From an uncultured Chitinophaga sp. (lineage in GTDB: Bacteria; Bacteroidota; Bacteroidia; NS11-12g; UBA955), in assembly GCA_964505065.1 (NCBI GenBank), contig CAZDGF010000003.1:12320-76319 (forward strand): a stretch of 64,000 nucleotides of DNA, given 5' to 3'. Each line of letters opens with the position of its first letter. Within the stretch, counting starts at the first letter, position 1. Below are positions 28,158 through 37,060 of this stretch, one piece after another. Made by a program: the position numbers and the translations under genes. Below the pieces are notes generated by a model. It was not told where the DNA came from and did no database searches. It was given only the letters and a program-made list of their open reading frames with translations.

Positions 28158-28811
28158 TTATAATTTCTCTATTACCATTATACCATCTCTTAATGGTAAC
28201 AATACATTTTTAACCCTTTCATCATTTTGAATTTTTTGGTTAAAAGCATCTATCAATTGCGTTTCTTCATTTGAGCGTAATTCTTGCTCATCAATTACTT
28301 TACCGCTCCATAATACATTATCGGCAAGTATAATGCCGCCACTTTTTAGTTTGTCAATACAGGCATCATAGTACTGTATATACTCGCTTTTTTCAGCATC
28401 TATCCATACCATATCCCAATGCGGTACTTGTTGGTTTAGGGCTTTTATTTTTTCTAAAGCACTGCCTATACTTATTTCTATTTTATTTTTGTAGTCCGTT
28501 TTTTCTATAAAATTAGCCGCTGTTTGTGCTATTTCTTCGTCTATTTCTATGCTGTAAACTTTGCCATTTTCTGTTAAACCTTCTGCCAAACATAAGGCAG
28601 AATAACCAGTATATGTGCCAATATCTAATACGAATTTAGGCTTTATAATGCTGCTTATAAAAGCTAAAAATCTGCCTTGCAAATGCCCGCTCAACATACG
28701 AGGTTGCAATACATTGGTATGCGTATAGCGGTTTAATTCATACAAATGTTGTGGCTCGGGGCTTGTGTGCGCTTCGGCATAGTTTTGAATAGCTTTGTCA
28801 ATAAAATCCAT
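28158..28811 (-). CDS. class I SAM-dependent O-methyltransferase (caffeoyl-CoA/catechol OMT-like)
   Basis: SAM-binding VLDIGTYTGYSAL, metal/substrate region DMVWIDAEK. 217 aa. Confidence 0.85.
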   Translation of the reverse strand: MDFIDKAIQNYAEAHTSPEPQHLYELNRYTHTNVLQPRMLSGHLQGRFLAFISSIIKPKFVLDIGTYTGYSALCLAEGLTENGKVYSIEIDEEIAQTAANFIEKTDYKNKIEISIGSALEKIKALNQQVPHWDMVWIDAEKSEYIQYYDACIDKLKSGGIILADNVLWSGKVIDEQELRSNEETQLIDAFNQKIQNDERVKNVLLPLRDGIMVIEKL

Positions 28812-28920
28812 AGGGCAAAATTATATTTTTAATTTAAGTAAACTATAAAATCCATTTTTTTATCTACTTTCGAACACACTTTAATAACTTTTAATTTAAT
28901 CTTAATGTTTTCAAGTAGTG

Positions 28921-29015
28921 GTCATTCTGAACTTTTTTGCTCTGAAAAAAGATTCAGAATCTGGTGTTATTTCAGATTCTGTATAATTTTGCGAAGCCAA
29001 AATTTACAGAATGAC
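28921..29015. repeat. GTCATT-family composite element, mirror orientation (B'-A')
   Basis: 28921-28962 is a 42/42 reverse complement of 28073-28114. The outer end TACAGAATGAC (29005-29015) mirrors GTCATTCTGTA (27983-27993). Confidence 0.8.
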
Positions 29016-29057
29016 CGAATATTTCTAATCCCAAACTTCATTTAATTGTATCTTACC

Positions 29058-29831
29058 ATGCAACAATTTTTCAAAGCCATTCATCATTTTTTTGCCGCTA
29101 CTCGGTTTTTAGCCAAACATAAATTGCTGCATTATTACCTTATGCCATTGGCATTGAGTATTGTTTTGCAAATTAGCTTATTTGCCAGCATTGTTGTTTT
29201 TTCAAAATACTTAGCTGCTCAAGTTTTAGGTACTTATATGCCACAAACGGTTACAGAATTTAAAGGCTTTTGGCAATTTTTAAATGTTTTTGCAGGTTTT
29301 TCTTTGGCAAAAGTAGCCGCTTTTATTATTGGTATTATGGTATTTTTAATTAGCAGTAAATTTTCAAAATACCTTGTATTGATATTGCTTTCGCCTGTAT
29401 TTGCCCTGCTTAGCGAAAAAGTGGAAGAAAAAATAACAGGCATAGTATTACCTTTTAATACTGCTCAATTTTTAAAAGATATAGTACGAGGCATTGTTTT
29501 AGCTATGCGTAATTTATTGATAGAGCTTGCATTGATAGCCGTTTTTACAATTGCTGGATTATTTGGCGGTCCATTTGCGCTTTTAGTAGTACCCATTTTA
29601 TGGCTTATAAGTGCCTATTTTTATGGTTTTAGTATGATGGACTATACTTGTGAAAGGCGAAAAATGAGCATAAGCCAAAGTGTAGATTTTGTAAGGCAAA
29701 ATAGAGGCTTGGCTTTAGGTAATGGCGCTATGTACCTTATTTTAGAAAAAATACCATTTGTAGGTTTGTGTATTGCACCCATAAATGCTGTGGTAAGTGC
29801 TACTACTTGTATATTGGAAGAAGGAAAATGA
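29058..29831 (+). CDS. EI24/CysZ-like integral membrane protein
   Basis: ATG at 29058 (MQQFFKAIHHFFAATRFLAKHKLL...) resembles the N-terminus of Bacteroidota EI24-domain proteins. Several TM segments. Confidence 0.6.
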   Translation: MQQFFKAIHHFFAATRFLAKHKLLHYYLMPLALSIVLQISLFASIVVFSKYLAAQVLGTYMPQTVTEFKGFWQFLNVFAGFSLAKVAAFIIGIMVFLISSKFSKYLVLILLSPVFALLSEKVEEKITGIVLPFNTAQFLKDIVRGIVLAMRNLLIELALIAVFTIAGLFGGPFALLVVPILWLISAYFYGFSMMDYTCERRKMSISQSVDFVRQNRGLALGNGAMYLILEKIPFVGLCIAPINAVVSATTCILEEGK

Positions 29832-29839
29832 TTTAAAAT

Positions 29840-30200
29840 AAAGTTTTAATCGTTAACACATCCGTTCCAATACTTAACACCAAAGTTTTAATGGCTAACA
29901 CCTTCTTCCTAATGCTAAACGCCAAAGTTTTAATTGGTAACACTATCGTCCTAATGCTTAACACCAAACTTTTAATGGCTAACACCTTCTCCCTAATGCT
30001 TAACACTAAAGTTTTAATGGCTCGCACTATCGTCCTAATGCTTAACACTAAAGTTTTAATGGTTCGCACAAGTGTTAAGCATTAAAACTGCTCTAATAGG
30101 CATTAAAACTTTGGTGATAGACATCTAAAAGCCAACAATAGTGATTAAAAAACTTGGCGGCTAACATCTAAAAGGTTATACTCTTAAGTGTTGAGGTAAA
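29840..30200. repeat. tandem array of eleven phased 21-bp units (5.5 x 42 bp) followed by an inverted, degenerate arm
   Basis: Units start every 21 bp from 29840 to 30050. Polarity flips at 30071 (AGTGTTAAGCATTA is the reverse complement of 30036-30049). Confidence 0.9.
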
Positions 30201-30205
30201 AGAAA

Positions 30206-31036
30206 CTATTTCTTCTTTGTCAAAGCTTTGAAGTCATTTTTTAAGCCACTGTATTTGGTAATATCTACTTTTACAGAGCCTACCATAATTTCTGCTTTTA
30301 CTCTAATAGGTATTTTATTCGCATCATCGCTTATCCATACTGTCATATCATCTTTAGATTTAAATACCCTATCTACAATAAGCGTAGGCACCAATTTAAT
30401 ACATTTTACTGTGCCAATATCCGTTTTTAAGGTTTCTCTTCCTGCATATTTAAAACCTAAATTGTAAATTTTATTGTCTAAATATACATCAATAGGATAT
30501 TGCTGCCCTATTTTAGCATTTGCCAAATCTAAATTGCGAATGTAATACAAAGCTGAAATAACATCTTGGGTATATAGCGGCATAGTTAAATCTCCTTTTT
30601 TGCTATACAATTTCTTCTTTGCATTTTTAAATACCACCAAATCATCGTCTTTGTATTTATCTTCTTCCACATTTTTAGTAAACTTAATAGGCGTAAGTGC
30701 TTCTTGGTCCATATAGGTATCAAATCTATCACGCACCTTATAAGCCCAATCGAAAGATTTTAAGGTTTTGCCCTCTGCTTTTATATGGTAGCATTTGCGA
30801 GAATACACCTCTTCCGCAGTACCCAATACTTCCATGCTAACGCTTGCAGCATTTATAATGCCATAATGCACTCTAAATTCTAATTTTTCATTGAAAGTAA
30901 ATGCCGTATTGGTCATTTTTCTATATGCAAATTCCTCTTCATTGGTATTGTTTTGCACTTTAATATCTGTTTTAAATGCACTAATAGCAATAAAAAAAGT
31001 GGTTAGCAATGTGGTAGTTCCTATTTTCGTCATCAT
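30206..31036 (-). CDS. DUF3108 domain protein
   Basis: Signal anchor, then FNEKLEFRVHYGIINAASVSMEV, the typical DUF3108 start. Beta-rich throughout. Confidence 0.6.
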   Translation of the reverse strand: MMTKIGTTTLLTTFFIAISAFKTDIKVQNNTNEEEFAYRKMTNTAFTFNEKLEFRVHYGIINAASVSMEVLGTAEEVYSRKCYHIKAEGKTLKSFDWAYKVRDRFDTYMDQEALTPIKFTKNVEEDKYKDDDLVVFKNAKKKLYSKKGDLTMPLYTQDVISALYYIRNLDLANAKIGQQYPIDVYLDNKIYNLGFKYAGRETLKTDIGTVKCIKLVPTLIVDRVFKSKDDMTVWISDDANKIPIRVKAEIMVGSVKVDITKYSGLKNDFKALTKKK

Positions 31037-31119
31037 ATAGTTGGGTTCAAGTTTTACTTGTTGTTTAAAGTTTAAAATTCAATAATCGTTCCAAAAACCC
31101 TAATTTTGAATTTTTATTC

Positions 31120-32241
31120 ATGAATAAACAGGTTTCAAAAATAATCTTTATTTTTTATTTTATGTTAAGTTATAGTTTTTCGGCTAAAGCACAACTTTTA
31201 AATGAAATATTTGAACAGAAAGATACCCTTATGCCCAATGATACACAAACAGTAATGCTGCATGTGGAGGCTTTAAACTATATGCGCAATACCGAATATT
31301 TTGATATGATAGAAAGAGGGCAAACATTATTTGGCGTACTTTTACAACTCCATGCAAGCTATCAGCCATATAAAAATGTATTGGTAAAGGCAGGTATTCA
31401 AACAAGGCAAGACTACGGCAGCACTGGGTTTAATACCGTTCAGCCTGTTTTTTCAGTTTCAGTATTTAAACACAAATGGCGCTACAATTTTGGGCAACTA
31501 CAAGGCAGCACAAACTATGGTTTAATAGAACCTATGTATAATATTGATAGAGCTATTACTCATAGAATTGAAAATGGTTTTCAAAGTATTTATAGAAGTA
31601 AAACATTTTACTACAACCAATTTTTAGTATGGAACGAGCCAACTTATAAAACCACTAAAAATCAAGAACGCTTTACTGTTGGCTTGGTTACAGATAGAAA
31701 AATATTAAGCACCAAACATTGGGAAATTAGCTTACCCATACAAGGCACATTGGCACATAGAGGAGGGCAATTAAATAGCAATCCAACACCTATTTTTTCG
31801 AGGGTAAATACAGCAGTGGGTTTAAAATTAAATTGGCTTGTAAATTCAAATTTTAAAATACGAACAGAAAACTATTGGCTATATGCTGCCGATTTTTCGC
31901 CAACTATAACCCAACCATACAAAAATGGAACAGCCACTTGGCATACAATTTCAATTATGAACAAAGGCTTTGAGCTAATGTTCAATTATTGGGCAGGCAG
32001 AGAGTTTCAAAGCCCCGTGGGTTCGCAATTGTACAACAATTTTAACCCCGATAATTTTGAGGCTTTTAGGCAAAAACAACAAATAATAATGAGCCGCTTA
32101 ATGTACACACAAAATATGTATAGGGGTATGAAATTAGATTTGCGTTTTGAGCCTTTTTATACTGTTCAATACAAGCGCTTTCAATACAGTTATTCTATTT
32201 ATTTACGCATAAATTTAAGTAGAAAGTTAGGAAAGATATAA
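31120..32241 (+). CDS. predicted outer-membrane protein of unknown function
   Basis: Signal peptide ...SFSAKAQ and alternating aromatic beta-strand pattern. Followed by a strong terminator. Confidence 0.65.
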   Translation: MNKQVSKIIFIFYFMLSYSFSAKAQLLNEIFEQKDTLMPNDTQTVMLHVEALNYMRNTEYFDMIERGQTLFGVLLQLHASYQPYKNVLVKAGIQTRQDYGSTGFNTVQPVFSVSVFKHKWRYNFGQLQGSTNYGLIEPMYNIDRAITHRIENGFQSIYRSKTFYYNQFLVWNEPTYKTTKNQERFTVGLVTDRKILSTKHWEISLPIQGTLAHRGGQLNSNPTPIFSRVNTAVGLKLNWLVNSNFKIRTENYWLYAADFSPTITQPYKNGTATWHTISIMNKGFELMFNYWAGREFQSPVGSQLYNNFNPDNFEAFRQKQQIIMSRLMYTQNMYRGMKLDLRFEPFYTVQYKRFQYSYSIYLRINLSRKLGKI

Positions 32242-32273
32242 AAAAACACTACAAAATTTTGTAGTGTTTTTTT
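32242..32273. terminator. bidirectional rho-independent terminator
   Basis: Perfect palindrome ACACTACAAAATTTTGTAGTGT flanked by A6 on the left and T7 on the right. It lies between the 3' ends of the OMP gene (+) and tRNA-Ser (-). Confidence 0.8.
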
Positions 32274-32281
32274 ATTTTGGG

Positions 32282-32366
32282 CGGAGAAAGAGGGATTCGA
32301 ACCCCCGTTAGCTTACACTAAAACAGTTTTCAAGACTGCCGCATTCAACCGCTCTGCCATTTCTCC
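32282..32366 (-). tRNA. tRNA-Ser (anticodon UGA)
   Basis: Reverse complement GGAGAAATGGCAGAGCGGTTGAATGCGGCAGTCTTGAAAACTGTTTTAGTGTAAGCTAACGGGGGTTCGAATCCCTCTTTCTCCG. It has a 7-bp acceptor stem, anticodon loop CTTGAAA, a long variable arm and a GTTCGAATC T-loop. No encoded CCA. Confidence 0.9.
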
Positions 32367-32439
32367 TTTTTTGGTAAAAGGACTGCAAAAGTAATTTAAA
32401 ATTATAAAATGAAAAAATTAAATTACTATTTATAGGAAT

Positions 32440-33399
32440 TTAATTGTAAAACCTATTCTCCTGCTTGCGCTTGGCTTGTACTATGCGCACCACAAAATCA
32501 ATGCTTCTATTGAGCTCAAAACCAGCCAATACACATAAAATATTAAAATAAATAAGCAACATTAAAACAATGATAGCCCCAATACTGCCGTATAATTTAT
32601 TGTAACTATCAAAACCATCTACATAAGAAGAAAATAAATAAGTAGCTGCCAAAGAGAGTATGGTAGCAACTATAGCTCCTGGCGAAAAAAATTTCCATTT
32701 AGCTTTTGCCGAATGGGCAAAATAATATAGGCTACTCATTATAAAAAACACCAATGCCGAGAGCGTTGTAAATTGAATTAAACTGACAACAAAAAGCATT
32801 ACTTTTTTATTTATCCAACGTTCTTTTATGATATAATTGCTAGCTAATGAACCCCCAATTAATACACTTAATGCTGCAAAAATAAGTACAGTAATAAACA
32901 ATGAAATACCTATAGATTTTAAGCGTTTTTGAAAAAAATTGCGTTTGTTTTTTTCATCATCTGTAAAATTGCTATCAAAAGCTACCATAAGGGTAAATAC
33001 ACCATTGCTAGAAAAATACAAAGCAGCAAAAAAACCCAATGATAACAAGCCACTTCGTTGGTTTTTTACTATATCTACAACTGTTTTTCTAATCACTTTG
33101 TAAGCATCATCGGGCAAAAAGAAATCCATTTGTTGAAGTATAGCTTTTTGAAAAGTAGCACCAGGCAAATATGCTATTAACGTAAATAAAAATAACAAGG
33201 AAGGAAAAATAGCCAAAAAGAAATTCCACGAAAGTGAGCCTGCATATAAATTGAACTTTGGGCTAATTATACCTTTAAAAAATGTTTGGCAAACAGAGTA
33301 CAAAGAAGCCCCCTGAAAACCAGGCGGTATAATATTATCTAAGAAAACAACTACCTTTCTTATGGGTTTAAAATGCGATATTTTTTCCTTAATTTTCAA
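32440..33399 (-). CDS. YihY/BrkB family membrane protein
   Basis: About six TM segments, length and N-terminal region typical of YihY. 4-nt overlap with the upstream methyltransferase gene. Confidence 0.7.
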   Translation of the reverse strand: MKIKEKISHFKPIRKVVVFLDNIIPPGFQGASLYSVCQTFFKGIISPKFNLYAGSLSWNFFLAIFPSLLFLFTLIAYLPGATFQKAILQQMDFFLPDDAYKVIRKTVVDIVKNQRSGLLSLGFFAALYFSSNGVFTLMVAFDSNFTDDEKNKRNFFQKRLKSIGISLFITVLIFAALSVLIGGSLASNYIIKERWINKKVMLFVVSLIQFTTLSALVFFIMSSLYYFAHSAKAKWKFFSPGAIVATILSLAATYLFSSYVDGFDSYNKLYGSIGAIIVLMLLIYFNILCVLAGFELNRSIDFVVRIVQAKRKQENRFYN

Positions 33400-34184
33400 T
33401 ACCGCAAAGTAAAGTGTTCTTTTGATTGATTGGGTCGAAAAAATACAATACCTAAAAAAAATAAATCGAGGGTAACAATTACTTTTTCATGGTTGCATAT
33501 TTTTTTCCATGCCAGCTGCATATCATCGCTCCATCTAATATCGTCAAAAATAAAAACTGTGTTTTCGTGTGCTTTGGTTAAACACCATTCAAAATACTGC
33601 AAAGTTGCGGCTATACTGTGGTTGCCATCAAAAAAAACATAATCTATTTGAGGCAATTGGTGCACCACTTCAGGCAGTGTATTTTCAAACAATCCTTCAA
33701 TAAATTGAATATTTTGCAAGCCCAATTTTTCTGCATTGTATTTTGCTATTTCTATACTTTTTGGGTTGCCTTCAAGCGATATTAAAAAGCCATTGGCAAT
33801 ACCATGTGCTTGATACAAGGTGCTAATACCTACGGAAGTGCCTATTTCTATGGCATACTGCGGATTTATAAAGCTACAAATTCGCTCTAACAATTCGCCA
33901 TATTTGGCAGATTTTGAGGTGTTTTTTGTTAGTTTTTTTAAGGGTTGTTTGCTAATACTTTGGTTTTGTGCAGCACCCAATGGCAATACTTCAATTAGCG
34001 CATTGCTGCTCAACATTTGGCTGCGCACAAGCTCTATTTCATGGTAAAATGGCTTTTGTTTTCGGGCATCTAAAACATTTACAACAAACTGATATACAAA
34101 AGGCGAGTGCACATTGTATTTGGTATCTGCCGAAAAAAAATAAGCAATATAATCGAGGGCTAATTGCGCTTTTGAAATTTTCAT
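33396..34184 (-). CDS. class I SAM-dependent methyltransferase
   Basis: AIEIGTSVGISTLY glycine-rich SAM loop and YVFFDGNH acidic loop. Confidence 0.7.
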   Translation of the reverse strand: MKISKAQLALDYIAYFFSADTKYNVHSPFVYQFVVNVLDARKQKPFYHEIELVRSQMLSSNALIEVLPLGAAQNQSISKQPLKKLTKNTSKSAKYGELLERICSFINPQYAIEIGTSVGISTLYQAHGIANGFLISLEGNPKSIEIAKYNAEKLGLQNIQFIEGLFENTLPEVVHQLPQIDYVFFDGNHSIAATLQYFEWCLTKAHENTVFIFDDIRWSDDMQLAWKKICNHEKVIVTLDLFFLGIVFFRPNQSKEHFTLRY

Positions 34185-34199
34185 TATTTCAAATTCTAC

Positions 34200-36086
34200 T
34201 TATCTACCGCTCGTTTTTTTGAAAGTACGCAATACTTTCAACTCTTCTTGAATTTTTGCAATTTGAACATTTATAACTTCTATTTTTTGCTCTATTTGCT
34301 TACGCAAAGTATCTGCATTTTTACTTTTGGCAAAAAATTCAATGTTATTATTCAAGGTTTCTACTTCGTCTTTCAAGCCTTTCAATTTATCATTCAAATT
34401 GCGCTCTTCATACTTCAATTTATCATCGCCATTGGGCGCAGTAGAAAGCAATTCGTAATGTTCTTTCATTCTTAATTGCTTATTTTCATCTGCACTTTGT
34501 TTAAATTTTTTGTAAACCGCATCTATTGCTTTATTGTAGTTGGTTTGCAAATCGGCTTTTGCTTTTATTGGCACAAAACCTATGCTCATCCATTGTTGTT
34601 GTAGTTTGCGTAATTCTGCAAAAGCAGCGGCACCATCTTCTGTTTCTATCAGTTTTTCGGCAGCTTTTATAATATCTTGTTTGGCAGTTAAATTTTCTTT
34701 TTCGCCTGCATTTCGTTCTTTGTAGTATTCATCTCTTTTTGCAAAAAATCCATCGCATGCTTTTCTAAATCTACCCCATACTTTATCGTTCATATTATCA
34801 GGCACAGGTCCAATAGAACGCCATTTTTCTTGTAAAGAAATTAAGAGTTTTCCTGCCACATCAAATTGATTGCCTTCGGCTATTTTTTCAGCCTCTTCAC
34901 ACAATTTTATTTTAGCCTTTAGGTTATCTTCTCTTCCGCTATTTAGCTGGTCGAAGAATTGTTTTCTGTTGTTGTTGAAACCATTTTGAGCCTCTCTAAA
35001 ACGTTTCCATATTTGGTCGTTCATACTTTCAGGCACGGGTCCTATGGCTTTCCATTCATTAAAAATTGCTGTTACTTCTTCCGATTTTTCTTTCCAAGCT
35101 TTTACACTATCGTTACTTATTTGGTTTAGTAATTCCATTTTTTCGCAAAGCATTTTTTTTAGTTCTAAATTTTCATTGCGTTTGGCTTTTATAACATCGA
35201 GTTGTGCACGTTTTTCGTTCAATACGGCATCTGTAGCTTCTTTAAAGCGTTTCCAAATATCTTCGCTTGCTTCTTTGGTGGTTACAGGTCCAGCATTTTT
35301 AAAATCTTCATGGTATTTGTTCAGCATAATGTATGCTTTTTTTACCGATTTTTCTTCGTGCAATAGCGTTACCTTTTTTATCAAATCTATTTTAAACTCA
35401 AGGTTTTTAGATTTATCAATTTCCTTTAGCTCATTGTTTATAGAGTGGTTATCATAAAATTTATCTAAATAAAAACGGTAGCTATCCCAAAGCTCCTGCA
35501 TGTGTTCTCTTGGTACAGTGCGTATTTGTTTCCATTCTTTTTGCAGCTCCAATACTTGCGGAAAAAGTTTATCTGTTTCATCATTGGCAGCCAAAGCTTT
35601 TAGTTTTTCTAAAATGCCTTTTTTAGCATTTAGGTTTTTTTGTTTTTCCTCTTCAGCCAAGCGTTTTTCTTCTGCACGTTTTTCTAAAAATTGAGTATAG
35701 GCTTTGTAAAATAGTTCTTTTTGCTCATCGTAGGGCGATTTAAAATCTCGCACCTCATTGCCCGCATCTGCCCATTCTTTAATTTGAACAATGCGCTCGG
35801 CTTTTATCATATCATCAAAAAGCACACGTATTTTTTTAAAAACATCGTGCCCTTCTTTTATATTGGTAGTATTTACCAATTGTTGCGCTTTGTTTACAAA
35901 ATCTTGCTTTGTATAAGCACTATAATCGGTAGAATCCTTTTTTTCTTCTTCTATTACTTCTAATAGTTCATCGTGTTCTTCTACATCGCCTTTTTTTTCA
36001 AGGTTTTCAATGTTGATTTCCAAGCCATTTTCATTTGGTATTTGGGCTAAAATTTCTGGTGTAGAATGCTTGTCAATTTCTGTCAT
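34200..36086 (-). CDS. DUF349 repeat protein
   Basis: Repeated ...EWKxIGPVPxxxxxxxWxRFRxAxDxFF... units (EWKAIGPVPESMNDQIWKRFREAQNGF, KWRSIGPVPDNMNDKVWGRFRKACDGFF and others). Confidence 0.8.
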   Translation of the reverse strand: MTEIDKHSTPEILAQIPNENGLEINIENLEKKGDVEEHDELLEVIEEEKKDSTDYSAYTKQDFVNKAQQLVNTTNIKEGHDVFKKIRVLFDDMIKAERIVQIKEWADAGNEVRDFKSPYDEQKELFYKAYTQFLEKRAEEKRLAEEEKQKNLNAKKGILEKLKALAANDETDKLFPQVLELQKEWKQIRTVPREHMQELWDSYRFYLDKFYDNHSINNELKEIDKSKNLEFKIDLIKKVTLLHEEKSVKKAYIMLNKYHEDFKNAGPVTTKEASEDIWKRFKEATDAVLNEKRAQLDVIKAKRNENLELKKMLCEKMELLNQISNDSVKAWKEKSEEVTAIFNEWKAIGPVPESMNDQIWKRFREAQNGFNNNRKQFFDQLNSGREDNLKAKIKLCEEAEKIAEGNQFDVAGKLLISLQEKWRSIGPVPDNMNDKVWGRFRKACDGFFAKRDEYYKERNAGEKENLTAKQDIIKAAEKLIETEDGAAAFAELRKLQQQWMSIGFVPIKAKADLQTNYNKAIDAVYKKFKQSADENKQLRMKEHYELLSTAPNGDDKLKYEERNLNDKLKGLKDEVETLNNNIEFFAKSKNADTLRKQIEQKIEVINVQIAKIQEELKVLRTFKKTSGR

Positions 36087-36406
36087 TAACGCTATGGTTT
36101 TAAAATTATTGTTTTATAAAAAGATTTATAAGTTGAGTAGTTAGAAAATTATATTGTTGAAGATAAAAATATAATTAAGCAAATATGTTTTATTTTATTG
36201 CATAAATATGGGTTTACGGCTATTTATTTTAAATTGAATATTCCAATATTGGTTATTGTTATTTGCTTTTCAGATGCAAATATGAAGATAAAAAATAAAT
36301 TATTTATCAATTGAAGTCAAAATATTGTCAATATTGTCCTAAATAAAAATCAGAAATAAAAATTACCGAGCCAAATCAATAGTTTTACTTAAAAAAGCAA
36401 TAGAAA

Positions 36407-36730
36407 TTAAAAAAGAACCCCTTGTATTGTTTTTTTATTTTTAGGAGGTGGATGTTCAAAAGGGTTATTCAGCCAATAATAGAGTTCTATTTTTGTAAAA
36501 CAATTTAATCTGATGAATGCTACTAAATTTGATAGGTGCCAACCATATTTTGCTATGTTTTTAAGATATTTTAACAACAATATTGTTATTAAAGCTGTCC
36601 AAATTTGTATTTTAACTGCATTTTCACTCGTGCCTATAAATGTTTTTATATGAAGCAGCTGTTTGATGTCTCTAAAAAACAATTCTACTTGCCATCTTGC
36701 TTTGTAAAGGTCTGCTATGGTTTTTGCCAA
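36407..36730 (-). pseudogene. C-terminal fragment of an IS4-family DDE transposase
   Basis: DLYKARWQVELFFRDIKQ contains the IS4 Y-x2-R-x3-E-x6-K signature. About 270 N-terminal residues are missing. The reading frame is cut at the MITE end (36735). Confidence 0.8.
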
Positions 36731-36734
36731 CCAT

Positions 36735-36989
36735 TTAACCCAAATTAATCAATAGGAGATTTGAAAAATTGAACTATTTGATTTAGTTGGGATTAACCCC
36801 GATTTAAAAATTGTAATTATGTTTTGTAAAAACATGATTTACAATTTGTTATTCGATTCAGCAATTCTATTGCTGAATTTGGGTTTAATTGGGATTAACC
36901 CCGATTTAAAAATTGCAATTATGTTTTGTAAAAACATGATTTGCAATTTGTTATTCGATTCAGCAATTCTATTGCTGAATTTGGGTTAA
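36735..36989 (+). mobile_element. MITE copy 2, with a ~102-bp internal tandem duplication (about 1.7 units)
   Basis: Same termini as copy 1. The segment TTGGGATTAACCCCG...CTGAATTTGGGTT occurs twice in tandem. Confidence 0.8.
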
Positions 36990-37000
36990 AACTATTAGGT

Positions 37001-37039
37001 AAAAAAAAGGGTGGAAGTTTTAAAAACTTCCACCCTTTT
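37001..37039 (-). terminator. rho-independent terminator of the large surface protein gene
   Basis: 14-bp stem AAGGGTGGAAGTTT / AAACTTCCACCCTT (37007-37020 / 37024-37037), 3-nt loop. On the minus strand it is followed by T8. Confidence 0.85.
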
Positions 37040-37060
37040 AGTTTAAAATATTAAATCTTA

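Noticed and set aside
29833-30085. 78-aa (-) and 64-aa (+) ORFs with 7-aa / 14-aa periodicity inside the 21-bp array
   Set aside because: Both strands are open only because the repeat unit lacks stop codons. The minus ORF starts at GTG. Differences between units are not concentrated at third codon positions. Treated as non-coding, though the finding lists a test.
29840-30200. Possible CRISPR array
   Set aside because: Every 21-bp unit belongs to one of two conserved types, so there are no unique spacers. The unit length is too short and no cas genes are present.
32282-32439. tRNA-Ser as an integration site for a genomic island
   Set aside because: No integrase is present, no direct repeat of the tRNA 3' end is visible within the window, and the flanking genes are ordinary.
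35044-35457. 137-aa ORF (plus 34248-34475, 34540-34725, 35500-35694, 35721-35963) antisense to the DUF349 gene
   Set aside because: All are nested antisense to a gene with a clear repeated protein motif. Their products are Ser/Phe-rich, the mirror of a K/E-rich sense strand.
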